A DNA stretch of 36,061 nt from an uncultured Rickettsiales bacterium (GCA_964439415.1 CAYTOJ010000002.1:1-36061), one strand, 5' to 3'. Counted from the first letter of the stretch, positions 17,508 to 26,676 are shown. Translations and numbers: made by a program. Notes: a model not told the origin generated them from the letters alone.

Positions 17508-19360
17508 TACTGCACCACCCCAGGAAGCTGGCTGTTGTCCGGAGCTTTCGGCAAAGTAATCTGCATGTCTATGGTTGTAATTTCATCCATATTTTTTGCA
17601 GCCGATTGCCTGGAATAATCCACTTCCATCACATCCTTACCCGCTAGCTCACCTGGAAGCTTGGCTATTGCAATATTATGATCCCCCAGTTGTTCTTTTA
17701 AGGATGCCGTTTTTGAAGAAGCCATCTTTTTTAGTGTTTTCTCATCGCCGTACTTTGTGAAATCCAGCTTTATATCGCACTCCATTGCGCCATCTATAGT
17801 AACCGGGGGTGCAGCCGGATCGTTCTTGCTAAATATTGCCACTGCATTTTTATTCTGCCACTTGAAAGCTGAGACATTCATTGTTTCATCAACCTCAGTC
17901 GCCAGAACCTCCATCAGATAGTACGGGTCATGTATCAATGATGCTAATTTATTATGAATATCCGTAACATTGATCACCTTCTCAAGATTAGTCGGCAAGG
18001 CTGAGTTGGAACTCTGTAATGTTAGTATTCTGGAGTTTGCCTGCTTCTGCTTATCCTCAATTTCCACAACCTCCAGTTTTGCTGATATTGCGCCGTAAAT
18101 TTCATAAGCCGCTGCCAGAAGTAACAGAGGAACCAGTATTCCCGCCGCCACTCGCCCCCCCAGAATCGCCCGCTGGAACAAAAATAACTTTGCTATGTAT
18201 GGTGTTTGCAGGGATACTTTTTTGCGTGGAAGTGCTGCAACGCTAACCGCAAGGAACACATCCGAGTACTTATCCTGCTTTTCAGCAGTATCCTTCATTC
18301 CCAGCAGTTCACATGCCTGGTAAGGAGTGAAGGAGTCCACATTGCTGGCGAGTATTTTATTCCTGTCTACAAACCCCAGTACCGCTTCCGCTGCCACAAT
18401 CACAACGTTCAGTTTCGATGCATCAGAATAACCAAGCCGCTTGATGTATTCCCTGGTGGTTGAGTATTCCTGCTCAATACTGCCGGCCAGTGCTTCAGGT
18501 GGGTCATCAAGCGCTGCCTGCGTTACCCTGGTGAAAGCCATTTTGCCATTTTTCAGAACAATCTGCCTGAGCCCGCCAACACGGTTATGGCCTATAAATA
18601 CAAACCAGTCCGGCGGAGTGTATTTATTATTATTTTTATCCTGTGATTTTTTTCCTTTTTTAATGTCCTTTGCTTCTGCTACTGGCTTGGCCTCAGCTTT
18701 TTTTGCTTTTTTCGCTTTTGGCTCAGGTGTCCAGTGAATTTTTTTATCTAAATCCAGCAATGCCTTCTCTGATTCCAGCGGTATAAGAAAAACACCACCG
18801 AACTTGTTCGGAAGGTTCGAGGCTATGTTTATCCATTCAGAAAGGGGATTCGGCGGCACTGAGATAAACATGTACTGCCATTCTTTTTTCTTATCCGGGC
18901 TGCGCCCTATACATATAAATGCTTTTAAGTCATCAGCCGCAAAGTCGCGCTCCAGTTTTCTTTTCGCTATCTTATCAGCGCTCATTTTAGCTACAGGCGG
19001 GAGATTCTGCACCGTATATGTCTGATCCTGAATATCCAGCAGAATGGATATCGGCGCACGTTTATTCAAGGCAAATAGGTCATTAATCGCTGCCATATCC
19101 TTAGGCGCTGAAGAGAGCGCGAACGCCCGTCGCACTACCTTCCTGCCGCTTAGGTAAAGCACTATCGCCCCATCCTCCCCTATTATCAGGACAAACTTGT
19201 TACCTGATTTTGGAGGCGCTTTTTCGCTTTTTTCCTTACTCTTTTTCAGCCCAAGTCTCCATATATGTACATCTTTTATGTTTTGCGCATGGCCGCCAAT
19301 CCAGCCCCATGCGCGTCTATACTGCTCGCGAATGAACTGCAAAGAACCCGCACTCTTCAT
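17507..19360 (-). CDS. Pilus/T2SS assembly protein with GspL- or fused PilM-PilN (MshI)-like architecture. The start codon and first ~33 codons are repeat-derived.
   Basis: 617 aa. It has a cytoplasmic domain (KFVLIIGEDGAIVLYLSGRKV...), a Lys-rich insert (KAKKAKKAEAKPVAEAKDIKKGKK), a single TM helix (VAAGILVPLLLLAAAYEIYGAI), a coiled coil and a periplasmic domain. The N-terminal MKSAGSLQFIREQYRRAWGWIGGHAQN is encoded by tripartite-element copy 2. Confidence 0.6.
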   Translation of the reverse strand: MKSAGSLQFIREQYRRAWGWIGGHAQNIKDVHIWRLGLKKSKEKSEKAPPKSGNKFVLIIGEDGAIVLYLSGRKVVRRAFALSSAPKDMAAINDLFALNKRAPISILLDIQDQTYTVQNLPPVAKMSADKIAKRKLERDFAADDLKAFICIGRSPDKKKEWQYMFISVPPNPLSEWINIASNLPNKFGGVFLIPLESEKALLDLDKKIHWTPEPKAKKAKKAEAKPVAEAKDIKKGKKSQDKNNNKYTPPDWFVFIGHNRVGGLRQIVLKNGKMAFTRVTQAALDDPPEALAGSIEQEYSTTREYIKRLGYSDASKLNVVIVAAEAVLGFVDRNKILASNVDSFTPYQACELLGMKDTAEKQDKYSDVFLAVSVAALPRKKVSLQTPYIAKLFLFQRAILGGRVAAGILVPLLLLAAAYEIYGAISAKLEVVEIEDKQKQANSRILTLQSSNSALPTNLEKVINVTDIHNKLASLIHDPYYLMEVLATEVDETMNVSAFKWQNKNAVAIFSKNDPAAPPVTIDGAMECDIKLDFTKYGDEKTLKKMASSKTASLKEQLGDHNIAIAKLPGELAGKDVMEVDYSRQSAAKNMDEITTIDMQITLPKAPDNSQLPGVVQ

Positions 19361-19376
19361 ACGCGAGCAGTATAGA
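19278..19376 (-). repeat. Tripartite palindromic element, copy 2 (inverted; modules B + A only, C degenerate)
   Basis: Module B is ttttgcgcatggccgccaatccagccccatgcgcg (19281-19315). Module A is tatactgctcgcg (19318-19330) ... cgcgagcagtata (19362-19374). The ATG of the 617-aa ORF (19360-19358) lies in the module A loop. Confidence 0.9.
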
Positions 19377-19491
19377 GATAACAGTCCAGAACGGCGTTGT
19401 GTAGCCTGACATTCTATCTATGTTAGCCAAATGTACTAAAAAAATCTTAAAACTTGGAAAACATCGCCAATTCTGCTAATCGACTTAACAT

Positions 19492-20574
19492 ATGACGATA
19501 GGGAAAAAACAGAGAGCCGCCGTGGCAATGTCCGGCGGGGTGGATAGCTCAGTCACGGCGGCATTGCTTGCGCGTGAAGGTTTTGAAGTAATAGGGCTTA
19601 CCATGCAGTTGTATAACCAGGGAAAAGCAACCGCAACCGGGGGCAAAACCTGCTGCGCCGGGCAGGATATAAGGGATGCAGCGATGGTGGCGCAAAAAAT
19701 GGGATTCCCCCATTATGTGCTGAATTATGAGGAACATTTCAAAACCTCCGTAATCAATGATTTTGCCGATACTTACCTGAGCGGGGAGACCCCCATACCC
19801 TGCGTGCGCTGTAATCAGACCGTAAAATTCAGGGATATGCTGGGAGCCGCCCGCGACCTTGGCGCTGATTTTCTCGCAACCGGGCACTATGTGAAAAGGG
19901 TGGAAACAGAAAACGGCCTGGAGATGCATAAAGCTGCGGATACCGAGAAGGATCAAAGTTACTTCCTGTTCGCCACAACCAGGCAGCAGCTTGAGTATTT
20001 GCGCTTCCCGCTCGGGAATTTAAGAAAAAGTGAGATCCGCGCTATCGCCAGCGATCTCAACCTGCCCGTAGCCACAAAACCTGACAGCCAGGATATCTGC
20101 TTCGTTCCAACCGGGAAGTACACTGAAGTGATAGAGAAGTTCCGCCCCGGCGCGCTGGATAAAGGTGATATAAAACATATTGATGGCCGCCTGCTGGGGC
20201 AGCATAACGGCATTATTAACTTTACCGTAGGGCAGCGCCGTGGCCTTAGCATCTCGTACCCCGTGCCACTGTATGTAGTAAGAATAGACGCAGCCAGTAA
20301 TACTGTATACGCGGGAGAACTCGCAGCACTTGCGAAAGCCAAAGTGAAAGCGAAAGATTTTAACTGGTTAAAGCCAGGAGCAGATTCTGAGATAAACACT
20401 TTGTTAAAGTGCCGTTCAACTTCAGCCGCAGTCCCGGCGGTTTTAAAGAAAATAACTGACTCTATAGTAGAGGCCACATTTATTGATCCGCAGATGGGCA
20501 TCTCACCAGGCCAGGCACTGGTGGCATATAATGGAGATACAGTTATAGGCGGCGGCTGGATAACTGATGATTAA
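19492..20574 (+). CDS. mnmA: tRNA 2-thiouridine(34) synthase
   Basis: 360 aa with the PP-loop AMSGGVDSSV, PCVRCN and DSQDICF catalytic Cys contexts, and a typical length. Confidence 0.92.
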   Translation: MTIGKKQRAAVAMSGGVDSSVTAALLAREGFEVIGLTMQLYNQGKATATGGKTCCAGQDIRDAAMVAQKMGFPHYVLNYEEHFKTSVINDFADTYLSGETPIPCVRCNQTVKFRDMLGAARDLGADFLATGHYVKRVETENGLEMHKAADTEKDQSYFLFATTRQQLEYLRFPLGNLRKSEIRAIASDLNLPVATKPDSQDICFVPTGKYTEVIEKFRPGALDKGDIKHIDGRLLGQHNGIINFTVGQRRGLSISYPVPLYVVRIDAASNTVYAGELAALAKAKVKAKDFNWLKPGADSEINTLLKCRSTSAAVPAVLKKITDSIVEATFIDPQMGISPGQALVAYNGDTVIGGGWITDD

Positions 20575-20926
20575 AACCTAAAAGTCTGCTCTTAAAGAGA
20601 TTCAATAAAATGTTGATTCCTGCAAATTATTGCGTAGTTTGCAAATTAAAGCTTGTTACTGGTAGGCTTGCCTGAATGGCAGCCAAACTGGAGCCGATCG
20701 GCAAAATGGCTTAAAATCAACCATACACGGTTATTTTAAAGAATGAATATGCTCCGTAGACTGGTTTCCAACTTCTTCAAACTACATTTGCAGCGCTTCC
20801 CAAACAGCGCCGTCATGAAGAAGGTTGAGTTTAGAACCATGGTGGGAGCATCATACCGGCTTAAACTTATAACAATGCCGCTAAACGCCTACTATATAGC
20901 GCACAGCGGTAGTAAAAGGAAATCGC

Positions 20927-23443
20927 ATGAAAAATTTGATGTTAATAGACGCTTCCCACCCGGAAGAAACCCGGTTAGTGATAACCGAAAACCACTATAT
21001 ATCTGAATATGATTTTGCCATAGCCAGCAAAAAGCAGATAAAGGGCAATATCTACCTGGCTAAGGTGATCAGGGTTGAGCCTTCCCTCCAGGCTGCATTT
21101 GTTGAATACGGCGGCAATCGGCAGGGCTTTCTGCCATTTGCTGAAATACACCCGGATTATTACCAGATTCCCGTTTCCGACCGCCAGAAACTGCTGGAGG
21201 AGGAGGAATCACAATACCAGGAGGAGCAGGAAAAAACATCTTACGCCCGCGATTCCCGCCGCCGTCACCGCAGGCAGAGAATCAGGAAAAGCGACGCGCC
21301 TGCTGAAACTATAGAAGGGGGGGTGGTTGAAGAAGCCCTCTATGAAGCGGAATCGGATGCTGTGTTGGCTGCGCAGGAATCTGTTGAAGCTTCGGAGGAT
21401 TTAAGCAGCCTACCACTGAATCCTGATGTTCAGACGGAACCTTCAGGCCGGGATGAAGCAGAAGTGGAGGCAGAGGCAGAAGAGAGAACTGATATTGAAT
21501 CCATTGACATTGCAGAAAACAATGAAACGCATGGCGATCCTCTGCTTGAATCCGAGAGCGATGATCAGGAAAGAAAACAGGCGGAAGCTGCGGTTGCCAG
21601 CGGTGAATATGAACAGGTTGGCGGCAATGCTGAGGAAGAACTCAGACCCACAAAAAAGTTCCGCTTTCAGAAACGCTATAGAATCCAGGAGGTAATCAAG
21701 AAGGGTCAGGTTATCCTGGTGCAGACCATCAAGGATGAGAGAGGCAATAAAGGCGCTGCGGTTTCAACTTATATCTCGCTGCCCGGGCGTTACTGCGTAT
21801 TGATGCCAAACACCATGCGCGCTGCTGGAATATCCCGCCGTATTTCCGACCCGGATGATAGAAAAAGGCTGAAATCCATTACCGATGGTTTGGAGACTCC
21901 CAAAGGTATGAGTGTGATTATCCGCACGGCAGGGCTGGATCGCAGCCGCCCGGAAATCAAACGCGATTATGAATACCTCATGAAGCTGTGGGCAACAATA
22001 CGGGAAAATACGCTATCCTCCTTCGCGCCTGCGCTGATCTATGAGGAAGCAGACCTAATCAAACGCGCCCTGCGTGATTACTACACCCAGGATATTGATG
22101 AAATTCTGGTTGAAGGCGAGGAAGCTTTCAAAAGCGCGAAAGAGCTGATGAAAGTGCTAATGCCAAGCCATGCGGCGAAAGTGAAACAACACACGGAAGA
22201 AGTTCCGGTTTTCCAGTATTACGGTGTTGATTCGCAGCTTGCCCTGATTCACGAACCGCAGGTAAAACTGCGTTCCGGCGGATATGTAGTATTTAACTCA
22301 ACGGAAGCTTTAGTGGCGGTAGACGTAAACTCAGGCCGCTCCACCGGGGATCGGCATATAGAAGAAACGGCGACCCGCACTAATCTGGAAGCGGCGCAGG
22401 AAATCGCCAGACAGGTTAGAATGCGCGACCTTGCGGGTTTAATCGTTATAGACTTCATAGATATGATGGATCTGCGCAATCGCAAAATCGTTGAGAAAGC
22501 CCTTAAGGAAGCCCTCAAGAGCGACCGCGCAAAAATTCAGATTGGCCGAATCAGCACATTCGGGCTGCTGGAGATGAGCCGCCAGCGTCTACGGCCAAGC
22601 ATTACCGAATCCATAATGTCACAATGCGCAGCATGTAGCGGAACGGGGCTGGTAAAAACAACCGAATCACTGGCGCTGGAAATACTGCGAAAAATCGAAG
22701 GAGCTTCCAGACAACCAGGGATTCTGGAAATCAATATCTCCACCACGCAAACCGCCGCTGTCTATCTGCTTAACCGCAAACGTGAGGTTCTGAGCAAGCT
22801 GGAATCAGCACTCAATATAAAAATAACCATCGGGATTGTTACCGAGGTTGATCATACCGGCTTTACCATGGAAGTGGTAATGCACCCTGATTACAAGGAA
22901 GATAAATCCAAACGCCGCAGAAAACCAGGCCGTGAGCAGGCTCAAATTAGCAGCCCGCAACCTGCACGTTTTGGCGAGAATCATAGCGATGATTCAGGTC
23001 AGCAAAATATGCCGATTGAAGAAGGGCTCCCTGAAGCTGAATTACAGGATTCAATCACAGAGGGTTCGCCTGATGCCACGCCGAAGAGGCAGCCACGCCG
23101 CCGCGAACGCCCACGCAAACAGATAAAAATGCGCACAGCAGGCAAACCTGAAAATAGCACTAATTCTAACGATAATACTGCGCCTGAAGAATTGGAGCAG
23201 CGTGAAACGGTTTCTGAGATTGCCAGCGCTGTTGAATCTGAAGTAAAAGCTCAGAATGTTAGCTCTCCATTAGTCAGAAAAGCCGAACGCAAAAGTAACA
23301 TACAGAAAGTTGCTGAGTTTAAAGCCAGGGAGCCTAAACAACCAGCAAAGGAAGAAATGGTTACGGAAGAACCAGTTGACGCTAATGATTCAGCCAGGCC
23401 GCGCCGTTCCGGCTGGTGGAGTAAATTGATTAGAACCGAATAA
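20927..23443 (+). CDS. rne: Ribonuclease E
   Basis: 838 aa. It starts [14 protein letters not shown]. The S1 domain [31 protein letters not shown] is followed by an acidic/Arg-rich insertion of about 200 aa. The catalytic core has VAVDVNSGR and [13 protein letters not shown]. The Zn-link is CAACSGTG. The C-terminal tail is low-complexity Arg/Glu/Pro. Confidence 0.93.
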   Translation: MKNLMLIDASHPEETRLVITENHYISEYDFAIASKKQIKGNIYLAKVIRVEPSLQAAFVEYGGNRQGFLPFAEIHPDYYQIPVSDRQKLLEEEESQYQEEQEKTSYARDSRRRHRRQRIRKSDAPAETIEGGVVEEALYEAESDAVLAAQESVEASEDLSSLPLNPDVQTEPSGRDEAEVEAEAEERTDIESIDIAENNETHGDPLLESESDDQERKQAEAAVASGEYEQVGGNAEEELRPTKKFRFQKRYRIQEVIKKGQVILVQTIKDERGNKGAAVSTYISLPGRYCVLMPNTMRAAGISRRISDPDDRKRLKSITDGLETPKGMSVIIRTAGLDRSRPEIKRDYEYLMKLWATIRENTLSSFAPALIYEEADLIKRALRDYYTQDIDEILVEGEEAFKSAKELMKVLMPSHAAKVKQHTEEVPVFQYYGVDSQLALIHEPQVKLRSGGYVVFNSTEALVAVDVNSGRSTGDRHIEETATRTNLEAAQEIARQVRMRDLAGLIVIDFIDMMDLRNRKIVEKALKEALKSDRAKIQIGRISTFGLLEMSRQRLRPSITESIMSQCAACSGTGLVKTTESLALEILRKIEGASRQPGILEINISTTQTAAVYLLNRKREVLSKLESALNIKITIGIVTEVDHTGFTMEVVMHPDYKEDKSKRRRKPGREQAQISSPQPARFGENHSDDSGQQNMPIEEGLPEAELQDSITEGSPDATPKRQPRRRERPRKQIKMRTAGKPENSTNSNDNTAPEELEQRETVSEIASAVESEVKAQNVSSPLVRKAERKSNIQKVAEFKAREPKQPAKEEMVTEEPVDANDSARPRRSGWWSKLIRTE

Positions 23444-23457
23444 GCAGGGGAAAACTC

Positions 23458-23634
23458 ATGATAAGTTTCTGGAAGCTCGCGTTAGTTCTGGTTATAGTGT
23501 TTGTGATTTTTGGCGCTGGTAAACTGCCAAAGGTGATGGGTGATTTAGGCCGTGGCCTGAGAAGCTTCAAGGATGGCCTCAGGGGTGATGATGATGGGGA
23601 ACAAAGCAAACTCCCCCCCGCTGATGGTAAGTAA
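23458..23634 (+). CDS. tatA: Sec-independent (Tat) translocase protein TatA/E
   Basis: It is absent from the ORF track because it is only 58 aa. Manual translation gives [58 protein letters not shown], with a stop at TAA 23632-23634. This is the canonical TatA TM helix + FG + amphipathic helix. Confidence 0.88.
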   Translation: MISFWKLALVLVIVFVIFGAGKLPKVMGDLGRGLRSFKDGLRGDDDGEQSKLPPADGK

Positions 23635-23818
23635 TACCAATTCGTAATCAGTATAGAGACAAAAAATGAAAACGAATTGGTATGGACGAGCGACTTGCCA
23701 GCCGAAGCCTTGGCGCAGGTTGGAGCGAGGACGGCGCGTAGCGCGGGGGTTGCAGGGGGTGAAACCCCCTTTACATTTTGCGCAATTTCCCCAAATTGAA
23801 TGCAAAATGGTATAATCT

Positions 23819-24169
23819 ATGTCCTTCGGGGAGTTGCTGGTTATCGCACTGGTAGCCCTTATCGTGGTAAAGCCGCAGGATCTGCCTGCCCTGCTTAAAC
23901 AGATGGGGCGTTACCTGCGCGCCATACAAAATACGTTGAGCGAGGCTAAAAACTCCATCAACGTTCTGATTGATAATGACGATCTGAAAAGCATCAGAAA
24001 GGACATCTCAAGCACCGGGTTTGATCATTATGTATTGGGGGACGATGGCAAGCACTATCCGGCGTATTCCCTGGATGGCATCCCCGACCACAGCCGCAAA
24101 GCCCCTACAGCTTCCATAACCGAGAATAGCGGGAAAAATGCTGAAACTTTACCTTCCAATAACTTATGA
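23819..24169 (+). CDS. tatB: Sec-independent (Tat) translocase protein TatB
   Basis: 116 aa. MSFGELLVIALVALIVVKPQDLPALLKQMGRYLRAIQ is the TatA/B-family N-terminus with a longer amphipathic region. Confidence 0.8.
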   Translation: MSFGELLVIALVALIVVKPQDLPALLKQMGRYLRAIQNTLSEAKNSINVLIDNDDLKSIRKDISSTGFDHYVLGDDGKHYPAYSLDGIPDHSRKAPTASITENSGKNAETLPSNNL

Positions 24170-24179
24170 TGTTTGCTTA

Positions 24180-24280
24180 GCCCCCTCCCTAACCCTCCCC
24201 CGTAAACGGGAGAGGGAACTACGGAGCAAGTTCTCTATATATTCCCTCCCCTGTTTACGGGGGAGGGTTAGGGAGGGGGC
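24180..24280. repeat. Long GC-rich palindrome (REP-like hairpin) immediately downstream of tatB
   Basis: The left arm is gccccctccctaaccctcccccgtaaacgggagaggga (24180-24217) and the right arm is tccctcccctgtttacgggggagggttagggagggggc (24243-24280). The outer 28 bp are perfectly complementary, with a loop of about 25 nt. Confidence 0.9.
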
Positions 24281-24311
24281 AAATACCATTCTAAACCAGG
24301 CGTTTATAACC

Positions 24312-25289
24312 TTGTCTGGTGATAAGATTGGAATCTACAGCGTCTTGACCGCTCTAGTAATGTTGCTGGCTCCCGATTACTCCAGGGCTACATCGGAAGT
24401 AGATTTCGCCGTCTGGAAGGAGTTGCTGAAACGCGAAGCGATAGTGGAAAAGCTGGATTCACCCATGGTGTTACAGGCTATTGACTCCATTGCACTGAAT
24501 CAGGAAGCTTTGCGGCTGGATGCAGCGCAGCCGGAAAAACGCCCCAGTTATTTCAAGAAATATCTGGCCGCCAGCATCACTCCAGCCTTGGTAAAACGGG
24601 CGCGGGATGAATACCGGGATAACCTGCCCCTCCTCCAGACTTTCGAAAAAAAATATGGCGTGCCGGGGAGGTTCATAATCGCGCTCTGGGCGAAGGAATC
24701 AAGCTTTGGCGAGAATACGGGAGATTTCGCAGTGCTGGATACATTGGCAACCCTGGCCTTTGACGGCAGAAGAAGCCAGTTGTTCAAGAGTGAGCTTTTT
24801 GCAGCGCTAAAAATGTTGCATCAAGACATGGCTAATGAGAGCCAGTTAACCGGATCCTGGGCGGGGGCAATGGGGCAGTGCCAGTTCATGCCCTCAGCCT
24901 TTCTCAAATACGCCGCTGATGGCGATGGTGATGGAAAAATAGATATCTGGCTCTCCCGTGCAGATGCTCTTGCATCAATCGCCTCCTACTTATCGAATGA
25001 GGGCTGGAGCGGCAACACCTGGGGATACGCCGTGATCTTGCCCAAAAACTTTAAATTATCCCAAACCGGCAGGGAAAACAAACACCCTGCAACACACTGG
25101 AGCAAACTAGGGGTTGGAATGAAAAACCAAGCCCCCCTACCCGCCATTGCTGATTCAGCAATAATCGCCATAGATCAGAATCCTAACCAGGCTTATATGG
25201 TAAACAGCAATTACGATATAATCATGAAATGGAACCGCTCCCTCTACTTCGCCACCACAATCGGCCTATTGGCGGATTCTATTCACTAA
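24312..25289 (+). CDS. Lytic murein transglycosylase, MltB/SLT_2 family
   Basis: The maximal ORF is 24138..25289, but its first ~50 codons read through the palindrome (CLAPSLTLPRKRERE...RGRVREGA). A more likely start is TTG 24312 or ATG 24360. Diagnostic sequences are ALWAKESSFGENTG and GAMGQCQFMPSAFLKYAADGDGDGKIDIW. Confidence 0.85.
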   Translation: MSGDKIGIYSVLTALVMLLAPDYSRATSEVDFAVWKELLKREAIVEKLDSPMVLQAIDSIALNQEALRLDAAQPEKRPSYFKKYLAASITPALVKRARDEYRDNLPLLQTFEKKYGVPGRFIIALWAKESSFGENTGDFAVLDTLATLAFDGRRSQLFKSELFAALKMLHQDMANESQLTGSWAGAMGQCQFMPSAFLKYAADGDGDGKIDIWLSRADALASIASYLSNEGWSGNTWGYAVILPKNFKLSQTGRENKHPATHWSKLGVGMKNQAPLPAIADSAIIAIDQNPNQAYMVNSNYDIIMKWNRSLYFATTIGLLADSIH

Positions 25290-25376
25290 ATTTTAAACAC
25301 TCTGGGAGATTTTAGCATCCTTATTAAATAATATGCTAATGAATCTGAATTAAAGTAAATGCACTACGGGGAGTTT

Positions 25377-26474
25377 ATGAAAAAATCAGTTGCGCTTGTT
25401 ATCTCGCTAATGGCTGCAAGCGGTTGCAGCATGAAGGATGGCTTTAAAAGCAGCGATAGCGGCAGCAAGGCGCATCCGGTTTATGGTAATTTCAAGCTTG
25501 GCTCACCTTACCAGGTGGCGGGTGAATGGCAGTATCCGTTATATGATGGGAAATATGAGGAAACCGGCATGGCATCCTGGTATGGCCCGGGGTTTCATGG
25601 CAATAAAACCGCAAACGGCGCTACGTTCGATGCCAACGCGCTGACTGCCGCGCACCGAACCCTGCCTATGCCATCCCTGGTGAATGTAACCAATCTGGAG
25701 AACGGCAAAAGCGTCACCCTGTTAGTGAACGATCGTGGGCCATTTAAGAAAAACCGGATTATTGATGTATCTAAAAGCGCGGCAGAAAAACTGGACATGA
25801 TGGCCACAGGCACGGCGAAAGTGCGAGTGCGCTTTTTAAAGCAGGATACCGAACAGCTATGGGCGGCGCTTGGCATGGGCAGCATCACCAACCGTTATGC
25901 GCAAAGCCTGAAACCTGCACCAAAAGCCATTTATAAAACCGAGGACAGTTATATAGCCGCTAATACCGGCATGGGCAGCGGCGTTATCTCCATAAGGGAT
26001 GTTATGCCACCGCGCAGCAGCACCGCAAAGCTTGATGATATAATCGCTCAGGATGTTTCAATGGCAGCGGTGAGTGGCGCGGCAAAAGGCGGCACGGGCT
26101 TTGACAATCTGGCTCCCGCCGCTGGAAATAAAAACCAGAAGGAAAACACAGTGAATGTGCTGGGCAGGTCAGAAAACTCCCCTGCCCCAATCAAGTCTGA
26201 AAAGGCGGAAGCTAAGAAAGTCACCGAAAAAGACTCTAAAGATACTCAGGCTAATTTCATACAGGTTGGCATATTCAAACAAAAAGAGAACGCGGTTAAA
26301 GCATCTGGTTCAGTATCATCCATCGGCAAGCTGGATATCGCTGAAATAAGCAAGGAAAACGGCAAATTATACAAGCTGCTGCTGGGGCCTTTTAAAACCG
26401 CAAAACATGCTGCTGAGGCGCTTGATAAAGTAAAAAACATCGGCCTGGCTGATGCAAAGTTGATAAGCCAATAA
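25377..26474 (+). CDS. rlpA: Septal-ring lytic transglycosylase RlpA-family lipoprotein (DPBB + SPOR domains)
   Basis: The ORF starts at 25359, and the likely start is M7 (25377), giving MKKSVALVISLMAASGC (lipobox). The DPBB domain is GMASWYGPGFHGNKTANGATFDANALTAAHRTLPMPSLVNVTNLENGKSVTLLVNDRGPF. The C-terminal SPOR-like region is FIQVGIFKQKENA...YKLLLGPF. Confidence 0.9.
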   Translation: MKKSVALVISLMAASGCSMKDGFKSSDSGSKAHPVYGNFKLGSPYQVAGEWQYPLYDGKYEETGMASWYGPGFHGNKTANGATFDANALTAAHRTLPMPSLVNVTNLENGKSVTLLVNDRGPFKKNRIIDVSKSAAEKLDMMATGTAKVRVRFLKQDTEQLWAALGMGSITNRYAQSLKPAPKAIYKTEDSYIAANTGMGSGVISIRDVMPPRSSTAKLDDIIAQDVSMAAVSGAAKGGTGFDNLAPAAGNKNQKENTVNVLGRSENSPAPIKSEKAEAKKVTEKDSKDTQANFIQVGIFKQKENAVKASGSVSSIGKLDIAEISKENGKLYKLLLGPFKTAKHAAEALDKVKNIGLADAKLISQ

Positions 26475-26480
26475 GAGTAA

Positions 26481-26676
26481 AGGGCATCTCTATTAACTCG
26501 CTTATGCGAGCTTGAGTAGCGCGAAGCGAACATCGCAAAAACGCAAGTGTACTTTAGGGTACATGCGGATTTAAGAGCTAAGATTAGTTACCAAATGAGT
26601 AAACCTCATTTGTGTAGCTTAGCGCAGCCAGCGACAAGCAAATTTGCCGCAGAAGTAGAGTTAATAGATGTGCCCT
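26481..26676. repeat. Family-2 inverted-repeat element, copy with variant termini and an internal insertion of about 40 bp
   Basis: The termini agggcatctctattaactc (26481-) and gagttaatagatgtgccct (-26676) are inverted repeats. The core is shared with 16744-16800. An extra hairpin-bearing insert (aaatgagtaaacctcattt) lies at about 26577-26617. The element starts 7 nt after the rlpA stop. Confidence 0.85.

Noticed and set aside
20743-21006. An 87-aa ORF upstream of and overlapping the rne start.
   Set aside because: It overlaps rne out of frame, has basic low-complexity composition and no RBS, and lies in the expected rne leader.
23808-23816. A perfect extended -10 box (TGgTATAAT) as the tatB promoter.
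   Set aside because: It ends only 2 nt before the tatB ATG (23819). The predicted transcription start would therefore fall inside the coding sequence. There is also no -35 element at appropriate spacing.
24138-24311. N-terminal extensions of maximal ORFs as real coding sequence: MltB-like from 24138, outer-membrane barrel from 30792, Slt from 32356, rnhB from 34106, trpS from 34850, glbN from 14234, rlpA from 25359 and oprB from 7028.
   Set aside because: The extensions run through repeats or through the 3' end of the upstream gene, and they are not part of the conserved family N-termini. Downstream in-frame starts give canonical signal peptides or family-typical N-termini. This remains formally untested; see the in-frame-repeat finding.
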